In this document: positions 50,635-61,285 of the stretch, piece after piece
How positions within the stretch are numbered: the stretch's first letter is position 1
Layout of the letters: every line of letters starts with the position of its first letter
Assembly (NCBI GenBank): GCA_963713095.1
Contig: CAVQKK010000009.1
Coordinates: 196,991 to 260,990, forward strand
Direction of reading: 5' to 3'
Source of the DNA: an uncultured Chloroflexia bacterium
Lineage (GTDB): Bacteria > Chloroflexota > Limnocylindria > Limnocylindrales > CSP1-4
DNA: 64,000 nucleotides
The notes under the pieces: model-generated
Seen by the model: only the letters and a program-made list of their open reading frames with translations
What the model was told of the DNA's origin: nothing
Database searches by the model: none
Position numbers and translations under genes: made by a program

Positions 50635-52043
50635 GACGGCGCCGGCCCGGCGTCCGCGAGCATGCCCTGGGCGAGCAGCAGCAGCGACCCCCGATCGTTG
50701 AGCGCCGGGTCCGCGATGACCTGGTCCGTCAGCGCGTTGAGGATCCGCCCGAGCGTAGGTCCCGGCTCCAGCCCGAGCTCGCGGATCAGGTCGTTTCCAT
50801 CGATGCGCAGGGCATACCGGTCGAGGGCGGCCTCAGCCTCGATCTCCGCATCCACGCGGGTCCGGAGGCCTCGCACATCCGGGTCGTCAGGTGGCATCCC
50901 GCTTCCGATGTCATCGGCGCGTCGGAGCTCGAACAGTGCGTCGACGTGCTCCCGACCGACGCGCTTGATGAACCGCCGGACTGCGGCGTCGGTCGCGTCT
51001 GGATCGATCGGGAACATGTGATGCCGGATGAGGTTCGTCACCTCGTCGGCTGCGGCCCGCGGGTAGCGCAGGCGTCGGAGGAGCGCGTCGGCCTGACGGG
51101 CCCCGACCGCGTCGTGGTGATGGAACCGGCCATCGTCGAGCGTTGCCGGCTTGCCGATGTCGTGGAGGAGCGCCGCGAGCCGGACGACCGGCCGGTCTGC
51201 GGGCGCCGCGTCGACCGTACCCAGGGTGTGGTCCCAGAGATCCTCGCCGGGCACCTTGTTCTGCGCGATCCCGCGCTGCGCCGCGAGCTCGGGCGAGAGG
51301 ACCTCCAGCACGCCGGTCTCCTGTGCGATCCGCAGCCCGATCGACGGTCGTGGCGCGGCCAGCAGCTTGGCCAGCTCACCACCAATTCGCTCGCCGGACA
51401 GGTGGGCGACGAGCGACGCGTTGGACGAGATCGCGCCCAGCGTGGCGGGCTCGATCTCGACCTCGAGCACGGCGGCAAGTCGGACGGCGCGGATCATGCG
51501 CAGGGCATCCTCGCGGAACCGTGCGTCGGGATCGCCGACGGCGCGCAGGCGCCGGCTCGCCAGATCGTCGAGGCCCGCGAACGGATCGACCAGCTCGTAC
51601 GTGTCGGCGTTCGGGCTGGCTCCGCGGCCCCAGGCCATCGCGTTGATGGTGAAGTCGCGCCGGGCGAGGTCCGCGACGACATCGTCGCCGAACTGCACCC
51701 GATGAGGTCGACGGAAGTCCGCGTACTCGTGCTCAATCCGGAAGGTCGTGATCTCGAACATGCCCTCGTCGCGTCGAACGGCGACGGTGCCGAATCGGTT
51801 CTCGTACACGGCACCATGGAGCAAGGCGACCAGCCGATCGGGTCGAGCATCGGTGGCCAGGTCCCAGTCGACGGGCCGGCGGTCCATCATCACGTCCCGG
51901 AGCGAGCCACCGACCAGGTACGCGGCGTGCCCGGAGCGATGAAGCTCCTCGAGGAGCGAGCGCACACCCGCGGGAATGGCCCGCTCGAGCCGATCGCTCA
52001 GTTCCGGGCCGCGGCGCGACGCCGCTCCGGCCAGGTTGGCCAT
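50631..52043 (-). CDS. CCA-adding tRNA nucleotidyltransferase (polyA-polymerase head + HD domain)
   Basis: 'GHAAYLVGGSLRDVMMDRRPVDWDLAT' is the Pol-beta nucleotidyltransferase motif and 'LLHDIGKP' is the HD motif. The start is the ATG at 52043; the track ORF's N-terminal 158 aa are Arg/Pro-rich and spurious. Confidence 0.8.
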   Translation of the reverse strand: MANLAGAASRRGPELSDRLERAIPAGVRSLLEELHRSGHAAYLVGGSLRDVMMDRRPVDWDLATDARPDRLVALLHGAVYENRFGTVAVRRDEGMFEITTFRIEHEYADFRRPHRVQFGDDVVADLARRDFTINAMAWGRGASPNADTYELVDPFAGLDDLASRRLRAVGDPDARFREDALRMIRAVRLAAVLEVEIEPATLGAISSNASLVAHLSGERIGGELAKLLAAPRPSIGLRIAQETGVLEVLSPELAAQRGIAQNKVPGEDLWDHTLGTVDAAPADRPVVRLAALLHDIGKPATLDDGRFHHHDAVGARQADALLRRLRYPRAAADEVTNLIRHHMFPIDPDATDAAVRRFIKRVGREHVDALFELRRADDIGSGMPPDDPDVRGLRTRVDAEIEAEAALDRYALRIDGNDLIRELGLEPGPTLGRILNALTDQVIADPALNDRGSLLLLAQGMLADAGPAPS

Positions 52044-52051
52044 GGCTCCGC

Positions 52052-52567
52052 TCAGTTGCGCCCGAGGAACAGGTACGTCCTCCAGGCCTCGTTGCGCGTG
52101 TCGGCGAGGTACGGCGTAAACAGCGAGTACAGGTCGCTGCGCGGCTCGAACGGCGCCCGCACCAGTCGCAGGCGCGCCTCCTCGGGGGTGTGCCCGCCCT
52201 TGCGGTGGTTGCACGGCTTGCACGCGGCGACCAGGTTCTCCCAGGTGTGACCGCCACCCCGATGGCGCGGCAGCACGTGATCCAGGGTGAGGTCGTTTGA
52301 CTGGCGACCGCAATACTGGCAGGTGTTCCGGTCCCGGCTGAAGATCTCGCGCCGGGTCAGCTTCACGCGAGGGCGCGGGCGCTTGATGTGGTGCTGGAGG
52401 CGGATGACCGATGGCGCCTTGTACACGGTCCGGACCGTCCGGATCTCGGCGTGGTTGTACTCGATCACCTCGGCCTTGGAGCCGAACACCAGCCGGAACG
52501 CCCGCGGGATGTTGCACACGTTCAGCGGCTCGTAGTTCTGGTTCAGCACGAGCACGACGCCGTCCAT
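52052..52567 (-). CDS. HNH endonuclease family protein
   Basis: 'CQYCGRQSNDLTLDHVLPRHRGGGHTWENLVAACKPCNHRKG' is the canonical HNH motif. Confidence 0.75.
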   Translation of the reverse strand: MDGVVLVLNQNYEPLNVCNIPRAFRLVFGSKAEVIEYNHAEIRTVRTVYKAPSVIRLQHHIKRPRPRVKLTRREIFSRDRNTCQYCGRQSNDLTLDHVLPRHRGGGHTWENLVAACKPCNHRKGGHTPEEARLRLVRAPFEPRSDLYSLFTPYLADTRNEAWRTYLFLGRN

Positions 52568-53012
52568 CGGCCGAACGATAACAGGACCGCTGGCAGGGGC
52601 GGCCCGCAGGGTTGGGAAGGCGACCGGGGTCTCGGCGGCTGGCTCCTTGTCAGACCCTCGGCGGGTCCATCGCCCGCTCGATCCGGGCGATCTCGACCTC
52701 GATCCGGCCGACGTCGCTGGACGCCTGCTCCCACTCGCGGCTGCCGACGGCCGCAGCGTTGCGCCGCTGCCGCGCCTCGTCATGCTGGACCAGGAGCTGT
52801 TCGCGGGTTTCGGCCGGCCGGACGTCACCGGTCGCGGACGTATCGGGCATCGTTCCTCCGGAAGGTGCTCGCCAAGCGTACCGCGCGACGCCGATCGACG
52901 GGTCACCGTCGTCCCCTATCCGCCCGTCTCGCCTCCCTCGCGCCCGGCCCGCCGCGGAGAGATTCGTGCTGCTGTCAAGGCGCACGTTTATTCGCTGGAG
53001 TACGATCCGCTC

Positions 53013-53756
53013 GTGACCGAACCGGCTCGCTCCGAGGGGCTGCCCACAGGTCCCGCATCACCCATCGCCGAGGAGATCCGGCTCCGTCTCGCCGATGCGT
53101 GGGGCGAGATGGGTGCCGCCTGGGGTGTCGCACCCGCGATCGCCCGAGTCCACGCCTACCTCATGGCACGCCAGGAGCCGCTGACCGAGCGCGAGGTTCG
53201 CGAGGCGCTCAACCTGAGCCATCGGGCGGCGAGCCTGGCCCTCGCCGAGGCCGAGGCGTGGGGGCTGGTCGAGCGGGTCGCCGAGCCGAGACGGGTCGGC
53301 CGCCGGGGTCCGGCCGGCGCGGCCTACATGGCGATCGGCGACCACTGGCGCTGGTTCGGGAGGGTCGTCGCCGAGCGCAAGGTCCGCGAGGGCGATCCGA
53401 TCATCGTCGTGCTCGAGCAGACGCTGGGTGACACGGCCGTCGCGCTCCGGCGGCACCCCGGGGACGCGGACCTGCTCAGGCTGCGCGACTGGCTGTCGAC
53501 GTTCCTGGTGTTCGTGCGCCTGTTCGATCGCGCCGTCGGTCTCGTCTCGCGTCTCGAGCCGACCGAGCTGGAGCGGGCCCTGCGGCTCCTGGGCGAGGTG
53601 CCCGACGACACGATCATGCGCCTGGTCAAGCTGCTCGACGGGCTGCCGGACGAGGACGTGCTCGGCCTCGTCGAGGCCCTGTCGCGGCTGTCGCCGACGT
53701 CGGCACGGCGCGCGACGACCTTGATGTCGGGGGTCGTTCGAACGCTCGTCCGATAG
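53013..53756 (+). CDS. GbsR/MarR-like winged-helix transcriptional regulator
   Basis: 'WGVAPAIARVHAYLMARQEPLTEREVREALNLSHRAASLALAEAEAWGLVERV'. The GTG start was chosen just upstream of the HTH; the longer ORF upstream is Arg-rich. Confidence 0.5.
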   Translation: MTEPARSEGLPTGPASPIAEEIRLRLADAWGEMGAAWGVAPAIARVHAYLMARQEPLTEREVREALNLSHRAASLALAEAEAWGLVERVAEPRRVGRRGPAGAAYMAIGDHWRWFGRVVAERKVREGDPIIVVLEQTLGDTAVALRRHPGDADLLRLRDWLSTFLVFVRLFDRAVGLVSRLEPTELERALRLLGEVPDDTIMRLVKLLDGLPDEDVLGLVEALSRLSPTSARRATTLMSGVVRTLVR

Positions 53757-53921
53757 AACTCGGGGCATGCCCGTCGAGGTCCCGCGTGCGCTGGGGCTTT
53801 GCCGGGTGCCGTGCGATAATCGTCGGGTGACGTCGGGCCGAACCCGCTCGAACGGGCGACGACCCCGGGGCCAGCCGGCCGGCCGACCACTCACGCGTCC
53901 TCTCGGAGAGCCCTGCCAGCC

Positions 53922-54806
53922 ATGACCGAAACCTCCACCTGGGCCACCAAGAAGGGCCTCGCCCAGATGCTCAAGGGCGGCGTCATCATGGACGTCGTCA
54001 CCCCCGAGCAGGCCAAGATCGCAGAGGACGCCGGCGCCGTCGCCGTGATGGCGCTCGAGCGCGTCCCGGCCGACATCCGCGCGGCCGGCGGCGTCGCCCG
54101 CATGTCCGACCCGTCGATGATCGTGGGGATCATGGACGCCGTGTCCATCCCGGTGATGGCCAAGGCCCGGATCGGCCACTTCGTCGAGGCGCAGGTCCTC
54201 GAGGCGCTGGGCGTGGACTACATCGACGAGTCCGAGGTCCTCACCCCCGCCGACGAGCGCAACCACATCGACAAGCACGCGTTCAAGGTCCCGTTCGTGT
54301 GCGGCTGCCGGAACCTGGGCGAAGCGCTGCGCCGGATCAATGAGGGCGCGGCGATGATGCGGACCAAGGGCGAGGCCGGCACCGGCAATGTGGTCGAAGC
54401 CGTGCACCAGCTGCGCGACGTCCTGGCCGAGATCCGCAGGCTCGGGGGCATGCGCGAGGACGAGCTGTTCGTGGCAGCCAAGGAGCTTGGGGCGCCGTAC
54501 GAGCTGGTCCGGGACGTGGCCGAGCAGGGCACCCTCCCGGTGGTCAACTTCGTGGCCGGTGGGATCAGCACCCCGGCCGACGCCGCGCTCGTGATGCAGC
54601 TGGGTGCCGAGGGCGTGTTCGTGGGCTCGGGGATCTTCAAGAGCGAGGACCCGGCCCGGATGGCGAACGCCATCGTCCAGGCCACCACCCACTACCAGGA
54701 CGCGAAGATCATCGCGGAGGTCAGCAAGGGCCTGGGGGCGCCGATGCGCGGGCTCGCCATGGAAGCCATCCCCGAGCAGGAGCGGCTCGCGGTCCGCGGT
54801 TGGTAG
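53922..54806 (+). CDS. pdxS: pyridoxal 5'-phosphate synthase lyase subunit PdxS
   Basis: '[35 protein letters not shown]...' matches Pdx1 end to end. Confidence 0.9.
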   Translation: MTETSTWATKKGLAQMLKGGVIMDVVTPEQAKIAEDAGAVAVMALERVPADIRAAGGVARMSDPSMIVGIMDAVSIPVMAKARIGHFVEAQVLEALGVDYIDESEVLTPADERNHIDKHAFKVPFVCGCRNLGEALRRINEGAAMMRTKGEAGTGNVVEAVHQLRDVLAEIRRLGGMREDELFVAAKELGAPYELVRDVAEQGTLPVVNFVAGGISTPADAALVMQLGAEGVFVGSGIFKSEDPARMANAIVQATTHYQDAKIIAEVSKGLGAPMRGLAMEAIPEQERLAVRGW

Positions 54807-54847
54807 GCGACGGCGGGGAGGCCCGGGATTACCCGGAGGCCGGTGGC

Positions 54848-55486
54848 GTGAGAATCGGGGTGCTCGCCCTGCAGGGAGCCTTCGCGGAGCACGTGTCCGT
54901 CCTGCGCGGGATCGGCGCTGCCGCGGTCGAGGTCCGGCTGCCAGGTCAGCTCGACGACGTCGACGGTCTCATCATCCCGGGCGGCGAGAGCACCACGATG
55001 CGCCGCCTGATCGACCGCTGGGGTCTCCGCGATCCGATCCTTGAGCTGATCGAACGGGGGGCGCCGGTGCTCGGGACGTGCGCGGGCATGATCGTCCTGG
55101 CCCGGGAGATCGACGGCGATGAGGCGCCGGTGCTCCCGGTGCTCGACGTGACGGTGGAGCGCAACGCCTTCGGGCGGCAGCTCGACTCGTTCGAGACCGA
55201 GCTCGAGGTGCCCGTGCTTGGGTCGCAGCCGGTCCACGCGGTGTTCATCCGTGCCCCGGTGATCGGACGCGTGGGCCCCGGCGTCAACGTGATGGCACGA
55301 CTTGATGACGGCCGGATCGTCGCCGTCCGGGAGCGGAACGTGATTGCCACCTCGTTCCATCCCGAGCTCGCGGGCGAGACCCGGTTCCATCGGTTGCTCA
55401 TGGCGATGGCGTCCGAGCACGCAGACCCGGGTGAGGGCGTGGGGCGACGGCCGCATCCGACGCGGCGCTCCCACCAGGGACGGTAA
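54848..55486 (+). CDS. pdxT: pyridoxal 5'-phosphate synthase glutaminase subunit PdxT
   Basis: 'RIGVLALQGAFAEH...LIIPGGESTTM...GTCAGMIVLA' is a class-I glutamine amidotransferase triad. GTG start. Confidence 0.85.
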   Translation: MRIGVLALQGAFAEHVSVLRGIGAAAVEVRLPGQLDDVDGLIIPGGESTTMRRLIDRWGLRDPILELIERGAPVLGTCAGMIVLAREIDGDEAPVLPVLDVTVERNAFGRQLDSFETELEVPVLGSQPVHAVFIRAPVIGRVGPGVNVMARLDDGRIVAVRERNVIATSFHPELAGETRFHRLLMAMASEHADPGEGVGRRPHPTRRSHQGR

Positions 55487-55490
55487 GCCG

Positions 55491-56537
55491 ATGGCGAAGA
55501 GCGCAAGCAAGGTTCGAGCGGCGCGGCTGACCGATCTGGCCGCCCTGGGCGAGCTGTCCCGGCTGGCACAGGCGGACGGCGACCGGACGCGATCGCTCGG
55601 GCTGCCGGTGACCAATCCGCGAATCGGCGTGTTCAGCCTGTTCCGGCTGCCATTGGGTGCGTTCAGCCCCCACGACGTGCTGTACGTGTTCGACCGCGAC
55701 GGCCAGATCGCCGGCCTGCTGCGCGTGGAGCGCGACAGCCCGCGGGACGAGTGGACCGTGGTCGAGCTCGATGCCGTGGGCGACATGGATGCGGGCGACG
55801 TGCGCTTCCGTCTGATCCAGCACCTGCTGCGGGATGGCGCCAAGCGCGGCGCGGTCCGGTTTCATGTGGCGTGCGTCGACGTCGACGACAACGTCGAGCT
55901 GTTCATGCAGGCAGGCTTCATCCGCTTCGGGGACGAGCACGTGCTGTTCCGCGAGCGCGGCCGGGAGCTGCCCGCCCCGATGGCCGAGCCGGTGGCACGC
56001 GACGCCTGCATCCGGCCGGCGTCGCCGCTGGATGCGGTCGCCCTGTCGCGTCTGTACACCTCGGTCACACCGGCGCCCGTGCAGCGTATCGAGTCGGTCC
56101 GGATCGCCGACTGGGAGCGCCAGGGTCGTGACTGGAGGGTGCCCCGTTCGTCGCTGGCACCGATCCTCCGTTTCGCAGACGTGGATGCATTCGTGATGGA
56201 GGCGCCCCGCGGCGGTCGCGACGGCACCCAGATCGACGCGCTGGTGCAGGTCGGCGTGGCCAAGGAGGATCAGCCGCACTACCTGAAGGTCATGGCCAGG
56301 CCCGAGGCCGACGCGGTGCCACTGATTCGGTATGCCCTCGGCGTGATCGCCGCTCGCGCGGACCCCTCCAACAGCCTGCGCCAGGGGGTGCTTGCCGCCG
56401 TCCGGACCTACGAGCTGCCGCTCGACCGGCGGCTCGCGGACGAGGGGTTCGAGCCGGTCGCCACCGTCACGCTGCTGATGAAGGAGACGCTGGTCCGCGT
56501 CGCCGAGCCGCGGCTGGTTCCGGCGGGCGTCCGATGA
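55491..56537 (+). CDS. hypothetical protein (possibly with an N-terminal GNAT-like fold)
   Basis: 348-aa ORF directly after pdxT. Coding-like GC3. No confident family. Confidence 0.35.
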   Translation: MAKSASKVRAARLTDLAALGELSRLAQADGDRTRSLGLPVTNPRIGVFSLFRLPLGAFSPHDVLYVFDRDGQIAGLLRVERDSPRDEWTVVELDAVGDMDAGDVRFRLIQHLLRDGAKRGAVRFHVACVDVDDNVELFMQAGFIRFGDEHVLFRERGRELPAPMAEPVARDACIRPASPLDAVALSRLYTSVTPAPVQRIESVRIADWERQGRDWRVPRSSLAPILRFADVDAFVMEAPRGGRDGTQIDALVQVGVAKEDQPHYLKVMARPEADAVPLIRYALGVIAARADPSNSLRQGVLAAVRTYELPLDRRLADEGFEPVATVTLLMKETLVRVAEPRLVPAGVR

Positions 56538-58732
56538 CCACGCACGACGACCCGATGACCACGCACGTTGCTCCGGGCAACGCCGACGACGGCTCGATCA
56601 AGTCGCCCGGGTGGGCTGCCGCCGAGCGCCGGCGCGAGACGATGGATGACCTCGACGTCCTGCTGGCGGCCCTGCCGCCCGAGATCGTGGAGGCGATCCA
56701 CGCACTGCCCGATCGCGAGACGCTGATCGAGGTCGTGCTCGACCTCGGCCGCCGTCCCGAGGCGCGCTATCCGGCCGCCGAGGTGACGCTGCTCGACCGC
56801 GAGGTCGTGGAGCACGATGTCGCGTACGTGGTTGACCATATCGGCAGCTTCGGCGACGACAACCGGGCCGGTATCGAGCGCACGCTCCACCGAATCAGCG
56901 CGATCCGTAACCGCAACGGGAAGATCGTCGGGCTGACCTGCCGCATCGGGCGAGCGGTGTACGGGACGATCGAGATCATCTCCGACTACGTCGAGACCGG
57001 CAAGTCGATCCTGATCATGGGTCGTCCCGGGATCGGCAAGACCACGATGCTCCGCGAGGCTGCCCGGGTGCTGGCCGACGAGCAGCGCAAGCGGGTGGTC
57101 GTGGTCGATACCTCGAACGAGATCGCAGGCGACGGCGACATCCCCCATCCAGCGATCGGCAAGGCCCGTCGGATGCAGGTCCGGACGCCGTCCCTCCAGC
57201 ACGAGGTGATGATCGAGGCCGTCGAGAACCACATGCCCCAGGTCATCGTCATCGACGAGATCGGCACCGAGCTCGAGGCGCATGCGGCCCGGACGATCGC
57301 CGAGCGCGGCGTCCAGCTGATCGGCACGGCCCACGGCAACAATCTCGACAACCTCATGCTCAACCCGACCCTGTCCGACCTGATCGGCGGCATCCAGAGC
57401 GTGACGCTGGGTGACGAGGAGGCTCGGCGGCGACGCACCCAGAAGAGCGTGCTCGAGCGGAAGGCGCCGCCCACGTTCGATGTCATCGTCGAGATCCAGG
57501 ACCGCGAGCGGGTCACGGTCCACGCCGATGTTGCGGCGACGGTCGATGCGATGCTGCTCGGCGAACCGGTGACGCCCGAGCTTCGCTGGCGGGACGAGGA
57601 GGGCGTGCATCGCTCGCAGTCACGTCCGAAGCCGTCGGCGCGAGAGGCGCTGGGCGGCGACCGCTTCAGCGGCCTGACCGGTTCCGGCGCCGGCGCCTGG
57701 GGCCGCGAGCCCGCCTGGCGAGGTTCGTCGACGTACCGGACCGGGTATGCCGGCGACGATCGGCTGCCGGCGCGTCCGGGCTTCCGTCCCGGCCCGTCCG
57801 GCGGCTGGCGCGCTGGTCGCGGGGGCGCGCCTGATCGAGGGTCCGAGCGCGGCACACGCAGCCAGGAGGGTGACCGACCGGGTCCGCTGAGCGTCCTTCC
57901 CGGCGAGCGGTTCGCGGTACCCCCGCCGGGCACGTTCGTGGCCGGCGGCATCGCCGATCGCGGTCCGCTGGAGCGCGCGGAGGCGGTCGCGGCATCGGCG
58001 GCCGGGCTGGCGGCTCGCGACGCCCGCGAGCTGCAGCGCCAGCAGGCGTGGCGCGCGGAGGCGGACAAGGCGCTCAACGCGCTCCGCGAGGACGAGGGCA
58101 CCCGGCCGGTCAACGCGGCCGAGCTCGAGGCAGAGGAGGAGCGCCAGCTGGCGCTCCTCGTCCCGGGCGAGAACGGCCATGATGGTCGGGGCGATGTCGC
58201 CGGCGATGCGCCGTCAGCCGGTTCGGACGGCTCCGTGCTCGAGGTCGAGGGCGGCACGCTGCCGACGCTCCGCGTGTACCCACACGGGATCAGCCGCAAG
58301 CGCCTGGAGCAGGCGATCCGCGACCTGCAGCTGCCCGTGATCGTGGCCCGCGAGGTCGACGAGGCTGACGTCGCGATGACGCTCCGCAGCGAGTACCGCC
58401 AGAAGCCGCCGGCGATCCGAGAGGCCGAGGAGCGGGCGATGCCCGTCTACGTCCTGAAATCGAACACGATCGCCCAGATGCAGGCCTCGCTGACGTCGAT
58501 CTTCTCGCTCGAGGTCGACCCCCGAGAGGCCGCGATGCGCGAGACCCAGCAGGCGATCGGCCTGGTGATGAAGCAGCAGGAGCCGGTCGAGCTGGCGCCG
58601 CAGAACGCCTACATCCGGCGGCTCCAGCACCAGATGGCGGAGCGTGCAAACCTCGTCTCCCGGTCCCGTGGCCGAGAGCCGTATCGGCGGGTTCGCCTCT
58701 ACCCGGACGTGGCCCGGCCGGCCTGGCGCTGA
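56534..58732 (+). CDS. P-loop ATPase with a C-terminal R3H-like nucleic-acid-binding region (Ycf45/SpoIIIAA-like)
   Basis: Walker A 'GRPGIGKTT', Walker B '[13 protein letters not shown]' and 'IGTAHGNNL'. A long Gly/Arg-rich linker follows. Confidence 0.55.
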   Translation: MTTHDDPMTTHVAPGNADDGSIKSPGWAAAERRRETMDDLDVLLAALPPEIVEAIHALPDRETLIEVVLDLGRRPEARYPAAEVTLLDREVVEHDVAYVVDHIGSFGDDNRAGIERTLHRISAIRNRNGKIVGLTCRIGRAVYGTIEIISDYVETGKSILIMGRPGIGKTTMLREAARVLADEQRKRVVVVDTSNEIAGDGDIPHPAIGKARRMQVRTPSLQHEVMIEAVENHMPQVIVIDEIGTELEAHAARTIAERGVQLIGTAHGNNLDNLMLNPTLSDLIGGIQSVTLGDEEARRRRTQKSVLERKAPPTFDVIVEIQDRERVTVHADVAATVDAMLLGEPVTPELRWRDEEGVHRSQSRPKPSAREALGGDRFSGLTGSGAGAWGREPAWRGSSTYRTGYAGDDRLPARPGFRPGPSGGWRAGRGGAPDRGSERGTRSQEGDRPGPLSVLPGERFAVPPPGTFVAGGIADRGPLERAEAVAASAAGLAARDARELQRQQAWRAEADKALNALREDEGTRPVNAAELEAEEERQLALLVPGENGHDGRGDVAGDAPSAGSDGSVLEVEGGTLPTLRVYPHGISRKRLEQAIRDLQLPVIVAREVDEADVAMTLRSEYRQKPPAIREAEERAMPVYVLKSNTIAQMQASLTSIFSLEVDPREAAMRETQQAIGLVMKQQEPVELAPQNAYIRRLQHQMAERANLVSRSRGREPYRRVRLYPDVARPAWR

Positions 58733-58781
58733 CCGAACCGGCGCCCACCGAGGGCTCCGGTTCGGCACGTATGCTCGGGGG

Positions 58782-61262
58782 GTGACGAGCGTGACAGGCG
58801 ACACGATCGCGGCTCCCGAGCTGCCGCCCACACCTGACGCGGGGTTGTCCTCGGCCGAGGTCGAGCGGCGGCGAGCGGGCGGCCTGGGCAACACCGCTCT
58901 TCCGCCGACCACCCGGACCTACGTCCAGATCCTGCGCGAGAACGTCTTCACGTTCGTCAACGACATCCTGTTCGCCCTCGGGATCGCGCTGGTGATTGTC
59001 GGCCGGCCGGTCGATGCGCTCGTCTCGCTCGGTGTCATCTCCACCAACGTGGTGGTGGGCATCGTCCAGGAGATCCGCGCCAAGCGAACGCTCGACAGGA
59101 TCGCGCTCCTGACGCGCCCCACCGCGGCTGCGGTGCGTGACGGTTCGGTCGTCCACCTGCCACCGGAGGACCTGGTCCTGGGCGACCTGGTGGTCCTCGA
59201 TGCCGGCGACCAGGTGGTGCTCGACGGTCGCCTCCGCACTGGCTCGATCGGCGTTGACGAATCGCAGCTGACCGGCGAGAGCGACGTCGTCGCGAAGGGG
59301 CCGGGCGACGAGGTGCTCAGCGGATCGTACGCAACCAGCGGCTCCGGGCGGTACGTCGTGGAGAAGGTGTCGACCGCGAGCTTCGCCACCCAGATCACGG
59401 CCGGCGCCCGCTCGTTCCGGCGCGTGGTCACGCCGCTGCAGGTCGAGGTCAACCTCGTCATCCGCGTGGTGCTCGGCATCGTGCTGTACCTCGAGCTGCT
59501 GCTGGTCCTGCGCGGCGTCGTCCAGTCTTCGGTGCTTGGGGACGTGGTCGCGGACGCGACGCTGCTCGCAGGGCTGGTGCCCAACGGGCTGTTCGTGTCG
59601 ATCGCCGTCGCCTATGCGCTGGGCGCAATCCGGATTCTCCGATTCGGTGCCCTGGTCCAGCAGGCGAACGCGATCGAATCGCTGAGCCACGTGGACGTGC
59701 TGTGCCTCGACAAGACCGGCACGCTCACAGCGAACCGGCTGGAGGTCGCGGCCGTGACGGGGCTCGGCGGGGCCGGCGAAGAAGACGTCATCGCGGCAGT
59801 CTCCGCGCTGGCCGCGTCGGCAACGTCGCGCAACCGGACGACGGAGGCGATCGCGGGACGCTGGCCCGCCGCTCCGCGACGGCTCGCGGGTGAGGTGCCC
59901 TTCTCATCGGCCCGCAAGTGGAGCGCCGTCGCGCTCGAGTCGGGCGAGCCTGGCATCGTCGCGCTGGGCGCGCCCACGTTCCTCGAGCCCTACCTGGCCA
60001 CCGGCCCCCGCGAACGACCGGCCGCGTGGGAGGAGATTGCGGCGCGTAGCGCCGCCTGGGCCGATCGCGGCCTGCGAGTGTTGCTGGTGGCCACCCACCC
60101 CGATGCCCGCGAGCTGACCGTGCACGAGGACGAGGCTTCGGCCACGCTGCCGGCCGGCATGCGGGCGCTCGGTCTGGTCGCGCTCGCCGACGAGCTGCGC
60201 GGCGAGGCCGAGGCGACCCTGCGTGCCTTCCGGGACGCGGGCGTGCAGGTCAAGATCATCTCGGGCGACGACCCGGACACGGTCACCGCGCTGGCCCGCC
60301 AGGCGGGGCTCACCGACGTAGCGTCCATCACTGGTCCGGACCTGACCGACCTCGACGACGCGGCGCTGGGCAGGGTTGCGGCCGAGACCACCGTGTTCGG
60401 GCGGATCACGCCCGCGCAGAAGGAGCGGCTTGTCGAAGCGCTCCGCGCTCGCGGCCACTACGTCGCGATGATCGGCGACGGCGTGAACGACGTGCTCTCA
60501 CTCAAGAAGGCCAACCTCGCGATCGCCATGGGCAGCGGCAGCCAGGCCACCCGAGGCGTCGCCGACCTGGTGCTGATGCAGGACTCGTTCGCGGCCGTCG
60601 CTCAGGCCGTCGGCGAGGGACAGCGGATCCTCAACGGGATGCAGGACATCCTCAAGCTGTTCCTCACCCGGATCGCCACCGTCGGTCTGGTCGTCGTGAG
60701 CTCGCTGGTCGTGATCACGTTTCCGATCGAGCTGCGCAACGCATCCGCGCTCACGATGTTCACGGTGGGCATCCCGAGCGCGCTGCTCGCGGTCTGGGCA
60801 CAGCCGGGGCGCCGGATCCGGGACCCGCTCGATCGGACGCTGGCACGGTTCGTGGTCCCGGCGGCCGTCGTCTCCAGTCTGATGGGCCTGTTCGTGTTCT
60901 ACGGGTCGCTGGTGCTCGCGGGGTCGTTCACGCCGGCCAGCCTGGACGCCGCCCGAACGGCGCTGACCGCATACCTCGTATATGCGGGGCTGTTCCTGAT
61001 CCTGTTCGTGGAGCCGCCGATCCCATGGTTCGCGGTCGTGGAGACCGTGACCGATGACCATCGCCCAGCGGCACTCGCGCTGACGCTTGGCGTGGGGTTC
61101 ATTGTGCTGCTCCTGCTGCCGTTCGCGCGCGACTGGTTCTCGTTCAGCCTGCCCGGTCCCCGGGACATGCTGCTGGTCGCGATGGCCGTCGTGGGCTGGC
61201 TGCTGCTGATCCGGACGTTCTGGAAGCGCCGCCTGGTGGATCGGTTCCTGGGGATCGAGTGA
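58782..61262 (+). CDS. cation-transporting P-type ATPase
   Basis: 'DKTGTLT', 'GDGVNDVLSLKKANLAIAMG' and TGES-like 'LTGESD'. GTG start after a G-rich RBS. Confidence 0.8.
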   Translation: MTSVTGDTIAAPELPPTPDAGLSSAEVERRRAGGLGNTALPPTTRTYVQILRENVFTFVNDILFALGIALVIVGRPVDALVSLGVISTNVVVGIVQEIRAKRTLDRIALLTRPTAAAVRDGSVVHLPPEDLVLGDLVVLDAGDQVVLDGRLRTGSIGVDESQLTGESDVVAKGPGDEVLSGSYATSGSGRYVVEKVSTASFATQITAGARSFRRVVTPLQVEVNLVIRVVLGIVLYLELLLVLRGVVQSSVLGDVVADATLLAGLVPNGLFVSIAVAYALGAIRILRFGALVQQANAIESLSHVDVLCLDKTGTLTANRLEVAAVTGLGGAGEEDVIAAVSALAASATSRNRTTEAIAGRWPAAPRRLAGEVPFSSARKWSAVALESGEPGIVALGAPTFLEPYLATGPRERPAAWEEIAARSAAWADRGLRVLLVATHPDARELTVHEDEASATLPAGMRALGLVALADELRGEAEATLRAFRDAGVQVKIISGDDPDTVTALARQAGLTDVASITGPDLTDLDDAALGRVAAETTVFGRITPAQKERLVEALRARGHYVAMIGDGVNDVLSLKKANLAIAMGSGSQATRGVADLVLMQDSFAAVAQAVGEGQRILNGMQDILKLFLTRIATVGLVVVSSLVVITFPIELRNASALTMFTVGIPSALLAVWAQPGRRIRDPLDRTLARFVVPAAVVSSLMGLFVFYGSLVLAGSFTPASLDAARTALTAYLVYAGLFLILFVEPPIPWFAVVETVTDDHRPAALALTLGVGFIVLLLLPFARDWFSFSLPGPRDMLLVAMAVVGWLLLIRTFWKRRLVDRFLGIE

Positions 61263-61285
61263 GCGCGTGTCCGCCCATGGCCCGC